Positions 1-10,180 of a stretch of DNA of 64,000 bases are shown piece after piece (position 1 is the stretch's first letter; each line of letters begins with the position of its first letter). The translations under genes were made by a program, and so were the position numbers. This DNA comes from a virus. The stretch spans positions 1,143-65,142 of the IMG/VR virus record IMGVR_UViG_3300049201_000035; one strand, given 5' to 3'. Under the pieces are notes generated by a model, which was not told the DNA's origin, did no database searches, and saw only the letters and a list, made by a program, of their open reading frames with translations.

Positions 1-74
1 TGTATAGTGTGTGTTAAAATGGCTTAAATCAATCCGATTTAGGGCACTCCATTCTACTGCGTATCAATGTAGGG

Positions 75-82
75 CAAATATA
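75..82 (-). promoter_or_regulatory. Bacteroidota-type -7 element (TATATTTG), leftward
   Basis: caaatata on + strand; matches TAnnTTTG; points to a gene starting just left of the window. Confidence 0.5.
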
Positions 83-102
83 ATAAAGCGTTGTTATAAT
101 AA
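83..102. repeat. 20-bp direct repeat copy 1 (ATAAAGCGTTGTTATAATAA)
   Basis: Identical to 225-244. Confidence 0.9.
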
Positions 103-224
103 GTCTCTTTTAATTAAATAAATTGTTCACAATGAACGGAATTGAGGCGTAAAATGTGGTATTCTTGCCTATAATGTTGCTTTTTAGGTCGAAAATATTT
201 ATCACGTGAAAAAATTATTTGGAT

Positions 225-244
225 ATAAAGCGTTGTTATAATAA
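225..244. repeat. 20-bp direct repeat copy 2
   Basis: Identical to 83-102. Confidence 0.9.
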
Positions 245-262
245 ATCACTTTAATATATTTG
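232..262 (+). promoter_or_regulatory. Bacteroidota-type promoter for head operon
   Basis: GTTG (232-235), 19 nt, TATATTTG (255-262) upstream of ATG 300. Confidence 0.6.
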
Positions 263-299
263 CTCCTATTATAAAACACACTATACATACACTTTCTTC

Positions 300-965
300 A
301 TGAAGGAAAAAATAATTGCACGACTGAGGGCTTTGTTCCCAGGCGTGAATCTCTCCAAATCCAGGATAGACGCAATATGCAACGCGGATAAACTGAGTAT
401 CACCGAAGAAACTGAGGAAACTGAGATTGATCAGAAGCTGAAAGACTTAAACGAGCTTGTGTCTTTTTCTGAAATTGCCAAGAATGACGATTGGATTCGT
501 GCGGCAAAAGCAAAGGAAAAGAAAGACCCGAATCAGGAACCAGCCAACCCGAAAAACCAGGATCCGGAAAAGCCGGAAGAGGCCGGATTATCGCCAGAAG
601 TGAAAGCATTGATGGAGACCGTTAAGACTCTCACTCAAACCGTTTCTACGATGCAGGCGGGCAAGACGACCGAATCTCGCAAGCAAATTCTTGAAACCAA
701 GCTGAAAGACGCTCAACCTAAATTCAAGGAGAAAATCCTCAAAGACTTCTCCCGGATGCAGTTTGAAAAAGACGAGGATTTTGATGCGTATCTGACCGAA
801 ACGGAAACAGACCTCACAGAATTCAACCAGTCTTTAAGCGATCAGGGGCTGGGCCAAAGTAAGGCGCCATTTCAACCAGCGGGCTCGGGCTCGTCTCAAA
901 CAGCTTTAAAATCTGATATTGAGGCATGGGCAAAGCAAAATGCACCGGCGGAAGTGGTTAAGTAA
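300..965 (+). CDS. Capsid scaffolding protein
   Basis: Charged helical 221 aa with P/E/K linker, first gene before decoration and MCP. Confidence 0.7.
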   Translation: MKEKIIARLRALFPGVNLSKSRIDAICNADKLSITEETEETEIDQKLKDLNELVSFSEIAKNDDWIRAAKAKEKKDPNQEPANPKNQDPEKPEEAGLSPEVKALMETVKTLTQTVSTMQAGKTTESRKQILETKLKDAQPKFKEKILKDFSRMQFEKDEDFDAYLTETETDLTEFNQSLSDQGLGQSKAPFQPAGSGSSQTALKSDIEAWAKQNAPAEVVK

Positions 966-995
966 ACAGTTTCACACACACTAAATTTTCTTGAG

Positions 996-1580
996 ATGGG
1001 GATGAATATCACCAAGAAGGTCGTATCCTATGGGGTTCAGATCTGGCAAAAAGTCCTTGAAACTGCTCGTGGTGGATTTGCTCTTGATGTAACTGGACTG
1101 ACCATCGGGGAAACCCTTAAAGGCGGTTCGCTTATTTCTTTTGACGAATCGACCAGGATTGCCAAAGTTATCAAGGCTGCGGTTGTCCAAGCCAACGCAA
1201 CCAACACCGCAACCGACATTCGTGTATTGAAAGGACATCCTTTCAAGGTGGGAGATTATCTGGCAGCTGTTGAAGGAGGTAAAGCATACGCTATTACTGT
1301 TATCAACACTACCGATGCCACTTACGACACTTTAACTGTCGGAACTACACTCGGGGTTGCTTTAACAGCCGGTGACGCTCTTTTCCAATCAACTGCCACT
1401 GGCGCATCTGCCGCCGTCGCATTGACGCCGAACGGACTTTCCTACGAAGATTACGAAATCACGGCAAGTACTGACATCGCGGTTGTAACCCGCGGAACTG
1501 TCTATGCTCGACGCATTCCGGGAATCATTGCTGGGTTAAAATCAAAGCTTCCTTTGATCATTTTCTCTCAGTCGTTTTAA
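996..1580 (+). CDS. Head decoration protein
   Basis: Between scaffold and MCP; GGFALD..G..L..G N-terminus, V.RGTVY C-terminus. Confidence 0.65.
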   Translation: MGMNITKKVVSYGVQIWQKVLETARGGFALDVTGLTIGETLKGGSLISFDESTRIAKVIKAAVVQANATNTATDIRVLKGHPFKVGDYLAAVEGGKAYAITVINTTDATYDTLTVGTTLGVALTAGDALFQSTATGASAAVALTPNGLSYEDYEITASTDIAVVTRGTVYARRIPGIIAGLKSKLPLIIFSQSF

Positions 1581-1607
1581 TAGACAATCTGAAACACACA
1601 CACTATT

Positions 1608-2711
1608 ATGAGCAAGTTCAAATCCATTTATGGAGACTACGCCTCGAATCTTCAGATTGTTATTGATAACAGTCTTTCAAGATTCGCTCCGAACTGGTAT
1701 CCAACCTATTTTGATTGGGCGCCAGCGCAACAGTCGCTGACTTTCCAGTCTGCGATCGGTCGGTCACGAATCGAAGCAATGGCCTCTATTGTTAACCGCG
1801 ATGCAGAGACTCCATTGAGAAGCCGTCAGGCTCTTGAAAAGTTGTCTGGTGAAATTCCGGCAATCAAGGAGATGTTTAAAATGACAGAGTCCGATTATCG
1901 CGACTTCCTGGCATTGCAAAACCTTCCCGTTGACGATGCAACTAAAAAGCGTCAATTGCTTGACTTCCTCTTCGGGGACGTTAAGAAGGTGGGCGATTCT
2001 GCTCATAAGCGACTTGACGCAATGGCGTTGGAAGGCATTTCGACCGGGCAAATCACAGTTACTGTGACAAACAACCCAGACGGCACCGTGCTGACATCCG
2101 CAGTTGACCTTCTGATGCCGTCTGACCAAAAGACCAATGCAGCAATATCCTGGGCGATTGCCAACGCAGCAACTTCAACTCCTTTGACGGATTTAGAGGC
2201 GGCATACACCGTGCTTTCAAACAAAGGAATTCAGGCTGAAAAAGTGCTGATGTCTCTTGATTTGTTTAACAAATTTAAGAGGTCAAAAGAAGTGTTGGAT
2301 TCGCTGCAAGGGTTCTTCTATGGACCAAAAGCAGGCGGTTCTTTCAACCCTGTTTCACTCAGCACGATCGCCAACATCAACGAGTATCTACGCGCAAGCA
2401 ATCTGCCTTACATCGAGATTGTGAACGAAGTGACAGGCGTTGAGAAGGACGGTGTAATTGGAGCACACAGAGCGTTCAATGTAAACAGCGCGGTACTTGT
2501 ACCTGCCGGTAAACTTGGAACAATCAAAAATGCACTTGCTATTGAGCAGTTGCGTCCGGTCGATCAAGTGACTTACGCCACCTTTAACAGGGCGATCATC
2601 TCCAAATGGAGTCAAAACGAGCCTTTCGGCGAGTGGACTAAGGTTGAGCTTAATGCTTTCCCTGCCCTGGAGGCGATCGATAGCATGTATATCATCACGG
2701 CGGTATTCTGA
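1608..2711 (+). CDS. Major capsid protein (phage cap E-like)
   Basis: 367 aa; ASIVNRDAETPLRSR, GEIPAIK, RLDAMALEGISTG typical of lambda gpE-like Bacteroidota MCPs. Confidence 0.85.
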   Translation: MSKFKSIYGDYASNLQIVIDNSLSRFAPNWYPTYFDWAPAQQSLTFQSAIGRSRIEAMASIVNRDAETPLRSRQALEKLSGEIPAIKEMFKMTESDYRDFLALQNLPVDDATKKRQLLDFLFGDVKKVGDSAHKRLDAMALEGISTGQITVTVTNNPDGTVLTSAVDLLMPSDQKTNAAISWAIANAATSTPLTDLEAAYTVLSNKGIQAEKVLMSLDLFNKFKRSKEVLDSLQGFFYGPKAGGSFNPVSLSTIANINEYLRASNLPYIEIVNEVTGVEKDGVIGAHRAFNVNSAVLVPAGKLGTIKNALAIEQLRPVDQVTYATFNRAIISKWSQNEPFGEWTKVELNAFPALEAIDSMYIITAVF

Positions 2712-2715
2712 TAAG

Positions 2716-3051
2716 ATGACCAACCTTGAAGCAATCAAATATTTAATCGGCAGCAATGCAGATCTTTCAGACGAGAGGTTGACCCTTGCTGCCGAATTTG
2801 TAGGCATCAATCCGGACGATGATTTCGATCAGTCCAACCGATGCCAGGTATTTGGACTTGTAATCTCGGAAATCCTTGAAAACAGGGGCGTCAAAAGGTT
2901 CAGCGAAGGGGATTATTCGGTTGAGTACACCGATCAGCTCGCAACAGCAGTCAAGGCCATAGCCAAGAAAAGCGGATGCGCTGATCTTATTGCTGAGTAC
3001 GCGCCCGATCCTGTTAAACCAGTCATTCGAAATGCATCCAACCGATGGTAG
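2716..3051 (+). CDS. Head-tail connector/adaptor
   Basis: Start taken at ATG 2716; FSEGDYSV motif and C-terminal NRW; position after MCP. Confidence 0.65.
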   Translation: MTNLEAIKYLIGSNADLSDERLTLAAEFVGINPDDDFDQSNRCQVFGLVISEILENRGVKRFSEGDYSVEYTDQLATAVKAIAKKSGCADLIAEYAPDPVKPVIRNASNRW

Positions 3052-3368
3052 TCCCGGCCCAATATCCCCATGATTTATACATACTGACCACATCAGGTGG
3101 TAGTGTAAACGCCGACGGGGATATCGTGCCAGCAACCCAGCAATGGATCAACGTATGCAGGTGCCGTGAGGAAAAAAAGTCCGGATCGGCGGTTTATATG
3201 AACAGCGGAACGCAGTTCGAATATTCATCCAAAATATTCACTCCGACCACTTGTCCGAACCTTGAAAAGGGAGCCTCTTTTGAGGTGCGAAACGGATCGG
3301 AAGTCAGGGCGAAAGGAACGGTGAAGCTTTTCGATGCAAGTGTGAATCACTGCCGGATATGGGTGTAA
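3045..3368 (+). CDS. Head closure (stopper) protein
   Basis: 107 aa beta-rich, synteny. Confidence 0.6.
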   Translation: MVVPAQYPHDLYILTTSGGSVNADGDIVPATQQWINVCRCREEKKSGSAVYMNSGTQFEYSSKIFTPTTCPNLEKGASFEVRNGSEVRAKGTVKLFDASVNHCRIWV

Positions 3369-3817
3369 AGGCTAGCTTTAAAATCTCCGACGTGGATGCT
3401 TACATCCAGAGCAGGATGGATAAGATTGATCTGGTGATTATCCGAAGGCTGCAATTCCTGGGAGAGAAGCTGGTCAACTACGCAAGGGAAAACGGGTCGT
3501 ACACCGACCAAACGGGGAACCTTCGGAATTCAGTCGGTTATGTGATCGTCAAAAACGGGAAGATAATCAACTCGAACTTTCAAAAGTCATCCTCATTACC
3601 CGGCGCAGACGGAACGGCGAAGGCTCAGGCACTCGCAAATTCACTTGCAGCCAACTTTAAAAGGGGATATGCGGTGATAGTGGTAGCCGGAATGAACTAT
3701 GCGGCGGCGGTCGAATCTAAGGGTAAGGATGTGCTATCAAGTGCTGAGATGCTTGCAAAATCAGAGATGCCGCGCATGATTTCCGAATTGAAGCTGAATA
3801 TCAAAAATATGAAATGA
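3359..3817 (+). CDS. Neck protein, HK97 gp10-like
   Basis: YTDQTGNLRNSVGY and AGMNYAAAVE motifs. Confidence 0.8.
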   Translation: MGVKASFKISDVDAYIQSRMDKIDLVIIRRLQFLGEKLVNYARENGSYTDQTGNLRNSVGYVIVKNGKIINSNFQKSSSLPGADGTAKAQALANSLAANFKRGYAVIVVAGMNYAAAVESKGKDVLSSAEMLAKSEMPRMISELKLNIKNMK

Positions 3818-4230
3818 GAACGACTGACGACGCTGAAAGGATTTTATACAACCGGATTAACGGGAGTGCCTTAAAGGCGGCGTGTAACGGGGTTCTCTGC
3901 AAGTGGAACAGGCCGGATAACAGTGATAAGGAAGACATTGTAATCAATTCTCTTCCCATCACAACCAACGGAACGCAGCGGATGGTGGCCAATGTCAACA
4001 TTTTTGTCAAAGACCTGCTTTCGCCGGTGACAGACAACCACTGGATGCCAGATACTGGGAAACTGAAAACACTTGCGGGTTTGGCGATGACACTACTCGA
4101 AGAGGAGCACGGAACTGACGAAGGATTTGATTATCACTTTTTTGTAACCAACCAATCGACATTCCCCGAGCCAGCCATCAAGCAGACTTACCTGAATTTC
4201 AGAATAGAATTTGCCTTTTACCCGGTTTAA
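3814..4230 (+). CDS. Tail terminator protein
   Basis: Synteny; EDIVINSL..NVNIFV pattern. Confidence 0.65.
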   Translation: MRTTDDAERILYNRINGSALKAACNGVLCKWNRPDNSDKEDIVINSLPITTNGTQRMVANVNIFVKDLLSPVTDNHWMPDTGKLKTLAGLAMTLLEEEHGTDEGFDYHFFVTNQSTFPEPAIKQTYLNFRIEFAFYPV

Positions 4231-4272
4231 AGCCGGTTTGTACAATACACACTATAATAAACACACACTACA

Positions 4273-4782
4273 ATGGCACTAACCAGAGGCTTATCAAAGC
4301 TCGAATATGGGGACATCGCTGGTGATGGCGGCGTCGCTACCTCTTGGACGGAAATCGGCCTCATTGATGCCGACTCAACCGCTGCGCTTACCCAAGCTGA
4401 TGCGACAGAGACGTTATTTATGGCCGCTCAGTCTGATCAGCCTGTCGACAAAGACGTTACGCCTGGCGCGTTGACGCTCAACATTTCCTTGCTTGAATCT
4501 TCCCCAGACAAATTGCTGACGCTCATGGGCGGTTCGGTGACCGGCTCGACAGAAGCCAACAAGGTATGGAGTGCTCCGTTGCAGGCGCAGGTAATTTACA
4601 AGTCCTGGAAGATCACTCCGAAGAAAGGTAAAATTATCACGATTGTGAAAGGACAGCTTTCTTCTAAGATCAATTTTGACCTCCAGAAGACAGGTAAGTT
4701 CGTAGCTGATGTTTCGATCGCTGTTCTTCTGCCGGATAAGGCGGCAACTGCTCCAATTTCTGTTGGACCCGAAGTTTCATAG
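4273..4782 (+). CDS. Major tail tube protein
   Basis: 169 aa after terminator, followed by intrinsic terminator and chaperone. Confidence 0.75.
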   Translation: MALTRGLSKLEYGDIAGDGGVATSWTEIGLIDADSTAALTQADATETLFMAAQSDQPVDKDVTPGALTLNISLLESSPDKLLTLMGGSVTGSTEANKVWSAPLQAQVIYKSWKITPKKGKIITIVKGQLSSKINFDLQKTGKFVADVSIAVLLPDKAATAPISVGPEVS

Positions 4783-4807
4783 TAACGCTGCAATAGATGA
4801 AGTAATA

Positions 4808-4834
4808 AAGAGCCTCTTAAACGGGGCTTTTTTT
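4808..4834 (+). terminator. Intrinsic terminator
   Basis: agagcctc-ttaaac-ggggcttt hairpin followed by T-run. Confidence 0.7.
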
Positions 4835-4857
4835 GAATACACACTAACAATAAAATC

Positions 4858-5199
4858 ATGGAACTCACTCAAAAAATCCCAAGCGTCCTGACAAGGATTA
4901 TGTTTCTATCGCCTATCAATTTGGTAAAATTCTGGTTCCGACAAAATGGCGGCTTCTTAGCTCCGATTAATGCAGTCCTTGGACTATTCGGTAAAAGATT
5001 GGTTCTGGCGGCAAGTGTCGAGCGAACGATTGAAATGTACCGGGAAATGAAGGCTGATGAATCGGTGGAGCGGTGGAATAAGCTTAAACATAAACGAATG
5101 TATTCGGACTACCCAGACACGGTCGATCGGGAATACAATACCTATTTAGCCTTCAAGCGCAACGATAAGGCTTACCGTGAGGATCGCGCAAAGGCTTGA
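4858..5199 (+). CDS. Hypothetical protein in tail operon
   Basis: 113 aa ORF with ACACACTA leader. Confidence 0.6.
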   Translation: MELTQKIPSVLTRIMFLSPINLVKFWFRQNGGFLAPINAVLGLFGKRLVLAASVERTIEMYREMKADESVERWNKLKHKRMYSDYPDTVDREYNTYLAFKRNDKAYREDRAKA

Positions 5200-5225
5200 T
5201 AGAATCAGTGATCAATAACCACACT

Positions 5226-5750
5226 ATGGAAAATCAAGAATTTGACCCTATTGAGGCGGAAAAAATAGAGTTGGATATCCTCACTAACAAGGGAATGTCT
5301 TTCGAGATAGGTCGCCGGTGGACTAAATGGCTCAGTGATAAGCAGACCCGAACATTCACGATACGTCCCTTACCTGTTGGTGTGATGGACCGGTTGACTT
5401 ACGAGTATATCCGATTGGACTTGGATGAAGAACTACTGAAGGAGGAAAATCTATTGGCGCTTCAAGAGGCAAAGCTACTAGTCCACAAACATGCATATCG
5501 ATGCGCTCGAATCGTGGCTATTGCGGTGCTGAATTCAAACCCTTTTTACTGGCTTTTAGTAGGCATCCTGAGTCAATACTTCTACATGCGCCTAACCTCA
5601 AAAATGCTCTTCCAGGTTACCATGATTATCAACCGGATGAGCAATTACGGGGGTTTTACCGCCTCTATCAGATACCTAAGAAGCGCGAGGACGACTCGGC
5701 CGATGACGGAACCGACCCTGGTAGAGCAGACAACGGACATCGAGGATTAA
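5226..5750 (+). CDS. Tail assembly chaperone (G-like)
   Basis: Between tube and TMP; start taken at ATG 5226 after CACACT. Confidence 0.7.
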   Translation: MENQEFDPIEAEKIELDILTNKGMSFEIGRRWTKWLSDKQTRTFTIRPLPVGVMDRLTYEYIRLDLDEELLKEENLLALQEAKLLVHKHAYRCARIVAIAVLNSNPFYWLLVGILSQYFYMRLTSKMLFQVTMIINRMSNYGGFTASIRYLRSARTTRPMTEPTLVEQTTDIED

Positions 5751-5977
5751 AAAGTCCTTATGGATCGCGCGGTTCAATTTGCGCTCATTTTGGCTGGACA
5801 TACGAATACCTAATGTGGGGGATCCCTTGGATTGTGGTTCAACGTATGCTCATAGACGCCCCTTCATATGAAAGCGATAAATCAGAAAAACCAAAGGGTA
5901 GTACTGGTAACGCTAAACTGGATCACGACACGCTTGCGGCGAGCCTTATGGCCCGCATGAACTCAATACAACGATGA
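5501..5977 (+). CDS. Tail chaperone T-like -1 frame extension
   Basis: -1 frame relative to G; C-terminal GLKSPYG..HFGWTYEYLMWGIPW..MLIDAP; likely no independent start. Confidence 0.6.
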   Translation: MRSNRGYCGAEFKPFLLAFSRHPESILLHAPNLKNALPGYHDYQPDEQLRGFYRLYQIPKKREDDSADDGTDPGRADNGHRGLKSPYGSRGSICAHFGWTYEYLMWGIPWIVVQRMLIDAPSYESDKSEKPKGSTGNAKLDHDTLAASLMARMNSIQR

Positions 5978-8900
5978 ACGACCAATCAGGCGCACTATCT
6001 TTTGAAGCAGCAATCGGGAACTCTCAACTGAGTAAGGATATCGCCCAGATAAAGGGTCAGATATCGGGACTCGTAAGGGATGTTGAGAAGGAGACCAAAG
6101 GCATTGATGCCGCTTTCGAAAATCTTGGAAAGGTGGCGGCCGGCGCTTTTGTTTTCAACGAGCTCAGGCAGCTTCCTGCTCAATTGATCCGGGTTCGCGG
6201 TGAATTCCAACAGCTGGAAATCGCGTTCGAGACAATGCTTGGCAGTAAGTCGAAGGCTGATAAGCTTTTTGCTGACGTCGTAAAACTTGCAGCAACTACT
6301 CCCTTTGATTTGAAAGGTGTAGCCAGCGGCGCAAAGCAATTACTCGCCTACGGTGTCGCATCTGAAGACATCACGAAGACATTAACCAGGTTAGGAGACA
6401 TTGCTGCTGGTCTTTCTATTCCGCTTGGCGATCTTACCTACCTATATGGCACTACCAGGACGCAAGGGCGTCTATTCTCTGCCGACTTGAATCAGTTCGT
6501 TGGACGAGGCATACCATTGATTAAGCTTTTGGCTGATCAGTTTAAAGTAGCCGAATCAGAGGTGAAAGGACTTGTCGAGAGCGGCAAAGTCGGGTTTCCG
6601 GAAGTAGAAAAAGCAATCAACACTTTGACCAATTCGGGAGGAATGTTCGCCGGTCTGATGGAGAAGCAAAGCAAGTCGTTGACTGGCCTTTATTCGAACT
6701 TCCAGGATGCTGTTGAGCAGGCGTATAATGAAGTTGGTAAAGGCCAACAAGGCTTATTAGCAGATTCGTTGAAATTTGGAACGACGGTTGTTCAGAATTA
6801 TCAACCGATACTGGATGTACTGAAAGTGTTGGTTGTCTCGTATGGGGCATACAAGGCGGCAATTATATCTACTGCAGCCGTTCAGGCGATTGCTGCCAAT
6901 CAATCAGCTATTAGGTCATTCATAGGTCTGGCCGGATCCATCCGATCGGCAGCCGACGCCCAGGCTCTTTTCAATCTTGTCACAAACGCGAATCCATATG
7001 TTCTTGCTGCTACCGCACTGGTAGCGCTGATAACAGCAGTAGCGGTGTTCAGGGATACAGCGACTGAGGCGGAAAAGGCGCAGCAGCGTCTTAATGGAGA
7101 AATTGCAAAAGCCGATAAGATCGACACAGAACGCAAGATCAAGGTCGATGAACTACGCAAAGCTATCCAGGATGAGAATTTAACGCAGGAGCAGCGCAAA
7201 AAGAAGCTCCAAGAATTAATTGCGCTTTCTCCATCACATTTGAAGGCTATTAATGCCGAGAATATAGCTACTGCAGAGAGCACACAAGCAATCGAGGATT
7301 ATATCAAGGCTCAAAAGGAACGCATGGTGCAGCAGGCTCTTTTCGACGAAAAAGAGAAGACAAGGGCGCGAATTGCAGAATTGAAAGCCGGTAAACTTGA
7401 CAAGGATTTCGCCCCAAGCGCTTTTTCGTCGGCAGGGCTGATGATGGCTCAGGGCGCAAGTGGAGGAACCTTCAATGCAGAAAAAGAAGCTCAGATAGAG
7501 ATAAGGAAAAATCGTGATCAGGCTATTTTAGAGCTACAGGAATACGAAAAGACATTAGTTGCTAAATCCAGGGATGGAATAGCCGAAAGGAAGAAGCTCA
7601 GAGACGAAGCCCACAAGGGAGATGTCGCCGATTCGGCAAGAACGGTCAAATTCTATGATGAGCAGATTAAGAGCCTGGAAGATCAACAAACGACATCGAC
7701 AAGCGCAGCCGGATTTAAGGCGCTTCAAAAGCAAATTGATCAGCTTGATGCGAAACGCAGGTCCATCACTGGCGAGCTAACCGCCGAACAGAAAAAATAC
7801 GCTAAGGATGCAGAAAAGATTGGCCCGTACGGATCGATATCCTATTGGGACAACATCGCCCAAAAGGCACAGGAGATCATCAGTAAAACACCCGGCAAGA
7901 ATGTTGCACTACTCACAGCACAAACGAAAATAAAAGCCGACGCTGAGCAAAAGGCGGAAGACCTTCGGCAGCGGTATGCTGTAAAATCCTTCGAAGAAGA
8001 AATCGAGCAGAAACGGCAGCAGTACGAAGTGTACCAGAGGTGGGTGGATGCTTACGGCAAGCAGGCGGCGGATGAGCAGTTCAGTACTTTGGTAAAAGGC
8101 AACGAGTCGTACCTGGATTACCTGAACACCCAAATCCGAAAATTGGAAGGGCTCAAAGCCTTCACTCCGTTGAATAAGACGGATCAAGGGAGTTTGGATT
8201 TATTGAACACAGAACGAAACCGCCTTACCGGCAAGGAGACCGGCATGGAGGCTTTTAACAAGCAGCTCGAAGATGCGCAGCGTAACAGCCAAAGCCTGAT
8301 TGAAACCTTGGACCGGTTGACTGCAATTCAGGAAAGTCTCGGCACTCCCAGAACAGATGATGACTTCGCAAAATTGAAGCAAGTTGCAGAGCTGCGCGAG
8401 AACATCAAGCGCGAGCTGAACGATGTTCTCAATGAATTTTTGGCAGACGCCAATGTCAACGGCGCAAAGGTGCTGCAAATCGAGAAGAAATACACTCAGC
8501 TTACTATTGAGGCAAAAAAGAAAGCAACGGGTGTTCAGCTTAAAGAAATCCTGAAATCGATTGACAAGGCCAAGGATGCCGAACTTGATGCTATCAAAGA
8601 CACCGAATTTGAGCAGTCTGATTCCTACAAGAAAATCCACCGGGAATACCTGGATTATGGACGCAAGCAGATTCAGCAGCGCATTCTGGATATAGAGGAG
8701 GCATTAAAAAAGGAGAAGTTATCGATAGAGGTAAGAAAGCAACTGGAAATTCAGCTCGCAAAGACCCGGGAGGAGCTTAGTAAGAATACCGCTGACGGGA
8801 TCAGATCAGCGGCCGGCATACTCGCCTCGATCATGGGCGATACCAGCATCAAGGTATCTAAGTCTTTCGCCATATCTATGCGCGATATCAGCAACGCGGT

Positions 8901-10125
8901 CCAGAATGTCGGCACGCTGATGGATAGCAGCGCATCGACCGCCGACCAGGTGGGTAGCATCATTGGTATTATCACCTTTGCCATTACGTCCGCCCGGGAT
9001 GCGATGTTGAAAGCATCTGACCTGGCCACAGAAATGGACGCTCAGGTCGAAAACTACCAAAACCTTGCAAACGAGTTAGCCGGAGTCAATTACCTGCTTG
9101 AACGTCAAAAAGTTTTGCTAGAAGACCTGCAAGGAGTGGACCGCGCTCAGGGAGTTCTTTCTCTTTATGATAAATACGCCCAACAGCAAGCCGACGCATT
9201 GCAAAGGTTACAGGATTTGACAGTTGACACAATCGCCTCCCAAAAAGAAGTTTTTGTGGATCCAGTTTTCAATACCAAGGTCGAGAACAAAGGATTTAAG
9301 GGCTTTTGGACAAACCTGATGACCGGCGGTAAAGCCAAAACGAAAATCGAATACCAATTCGAAAGTGTTGACACATCAGGCTTTGACGATATCGAGGATT
9401 ATATCAACCTTTTGGCTCAGATCAAAGCAGGAGGCGGAAAGTTGTTCGGAAAAGAAGTGGTCGAAGCTGACGTGAAGGCGCTGGAAGAACTGATCAATAC
9501 TTATAACGAGGCAGTCGAGCAGCAAAAGGCTTTGATGGAAGAGTTGAGACAATATTATACAGCGACCACTCAGGAAGGAATTGTAGATAGTATTGTTCAG
9601 GGATTCATTGACGGAAAACGATCAGCGCAGGACTTCGCTGAGGACTTTGAGCAAATGATGTTGAAGGCGGTTCAGAACTCGCTTAAAGCGAATCTGCTGG
9701 ATGCTGACATGAAAGCCTTCTACGATAAATTCGCTGAATATTCACTGAGTGATTACACCTTGACTGACGCCGAGATTGCCGAATTGAAGGTCCTTTACAA
9801 CAAGATCATCGAAGAAGGTCAGAAGAAATTTGACGACATCGAAGCGATTACCGGCGTTGATTTGAACCAAAATGAAGGCAGTGCTCCAAAAGCCCAGACT
9901 GGAACCATTGCGGCGGCCAGCGAGGAAACAGTTTCACAAATGCTAGGCCAGTTCAATGCATTGCGAATACATGCCGCTGAGAACGTCAATGTAGCCAGGG
10001 GGATGTTGCTCGAAATGTCCGCAATCAACCGAAATACGCAGGAATTATACGCAATGCGTCGATCTTTAGAGGGCATCGAAAGAGCGATGTCTGCCGACCA
10101 GTTAAGGGCGGTTGGAGGAATCTAG
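5974..10125 (+). CDS. Tape measure protein
   Basis: 1383 aa coiled-coil; tape-measure domain FETMLGSK..AATTPFDL..QLLAYG. Confidence 0.93.
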   Translation: MNDQSGALSFEAAIGNSQLSKDIAQIKGQISGLVRDVEKETKGIDAAFENLGKVAAGAFVFNELRQLPAQLIRVRGEFQQLEIAFETMLGSKSKADKLFADVVKLAATTPFDLKGVASGAKQLLAYGVASEDITKTLTRLGDIAAGLSIPLGDLTYLYGTTRTQGRLFSADLNQFVGRGIPLIKLLADQFKVAESEVKGLVESGKVGFPEVEKAINTLTNSGGMFAGLMEKQSKSLTGLYSNFQDAVEQAYNEVGKGQQGLLADSLKFGTTVVQNYQPILDVLKVLVVSYGAYKAAIISTAAVQAIAANQSAIRSFIGLAGSIRSAADAQALFNLVTNANPYVLAATALVALITAVAVFRDTATEAEKAQQRLNGEIAKADKIDTERKIKVDELRKAIQDENLTQEQRKKKLQELIALSPSHLKAINAENIATAESTQAIEDYIKAQKERMVQQALFDEKEKTRARIAELKAGKLDKDFAPSAFSSAGLMMAQGASGGTFNAEKEAQIEIRKNRDQAILELQEYEKTLVAKSRDGIAERKKLRDEAHKGDVADSARTVKFYDEQIKSLEDQQTTSTSAAGFKALQKQIDQLDAKRRSITGELTAEQKKYAKDAEKIGPYGSISYWDNIAQKAQEIISKTPGKNVALLTAQTKIKADAEQKAEDLRQRYAVKSFEEEIEQKRQQYEVYQRWVDAYGKQAADEQFSTLVKGNESYLDYLNTQIRKLEGLKAFTPLNKTDQGSLDLLNTERNRLTGKETGMEAFNKQLEDAQRNSQSLIETLDRLTAIQESLGTPRTDDDFAKLKQVAELRENIKRELNDVLNEFLADANVNGAKVLQIEKKYTQLTIEAKKKATGVQLKEILKSIDKAKDAELDAIKDTEFEQSDSYKKIHREYLDYGRKQIQQRILDIEEALKKEKLSIEVRKQLEIQLAKTREELSKNTADGIRSAAGILASIMGDTSIKVSKSFAISMRDISNAVQNVGTLMDSSASTADQVGSIIGIITFAITSARDAMLKASDLATEMDAQVENYQNLANELAGVNYLLERQKVLLEDLQGVDRAQGVLSLYDKYAQQQADALQRLQDLTVDTIASQKEVFVDPVFNTKVENKGFKGFWTNLMTGGKAKTKIEYQFESVDTSGFDDIEDYINLLAQIKAGGGKLFGKEVVEADVKALEELINTYNEAVEQQKALMEELRQYYTATTQEGIVDSIVQGFIDGKRSAQDFAEDFEQMMLKAVQNSLKANLLDADMKAFYDKFAEYSLSDYTLTDAEIAELKVLYNKIIEEGQKKFDDIEAITGVDLNQNEGSAPKAQTGTIAAASEETVSQMLGQFNALRIHAAENVNVARGMLLEMSAINRNTQELYAMRRSLEGIERAMSADQLRAVGGI

Positions 10126-10147
10126 CAGGCTCACGGTCTATTGCAAC

Positions 10148-10179
10148 AAAAAAGACCAGGATCGATCCCGGTCTTTTTT
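10148..10179. terminator. Bidirectional intrinsic terminator
   Basis: A6-gaccaggat..cccggtc-T6 between convergent genes. Confidence 0.8.
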
Positions 10180-10180
10180 G

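Noticed and set aside
400-10076. Numerous antisense ORFs over head/tail genes (e.g. 1764-2129, 2388-2810, 8200-8640)
   Set aside because: Shadow frames of well-supported genes with no motifs or leaders
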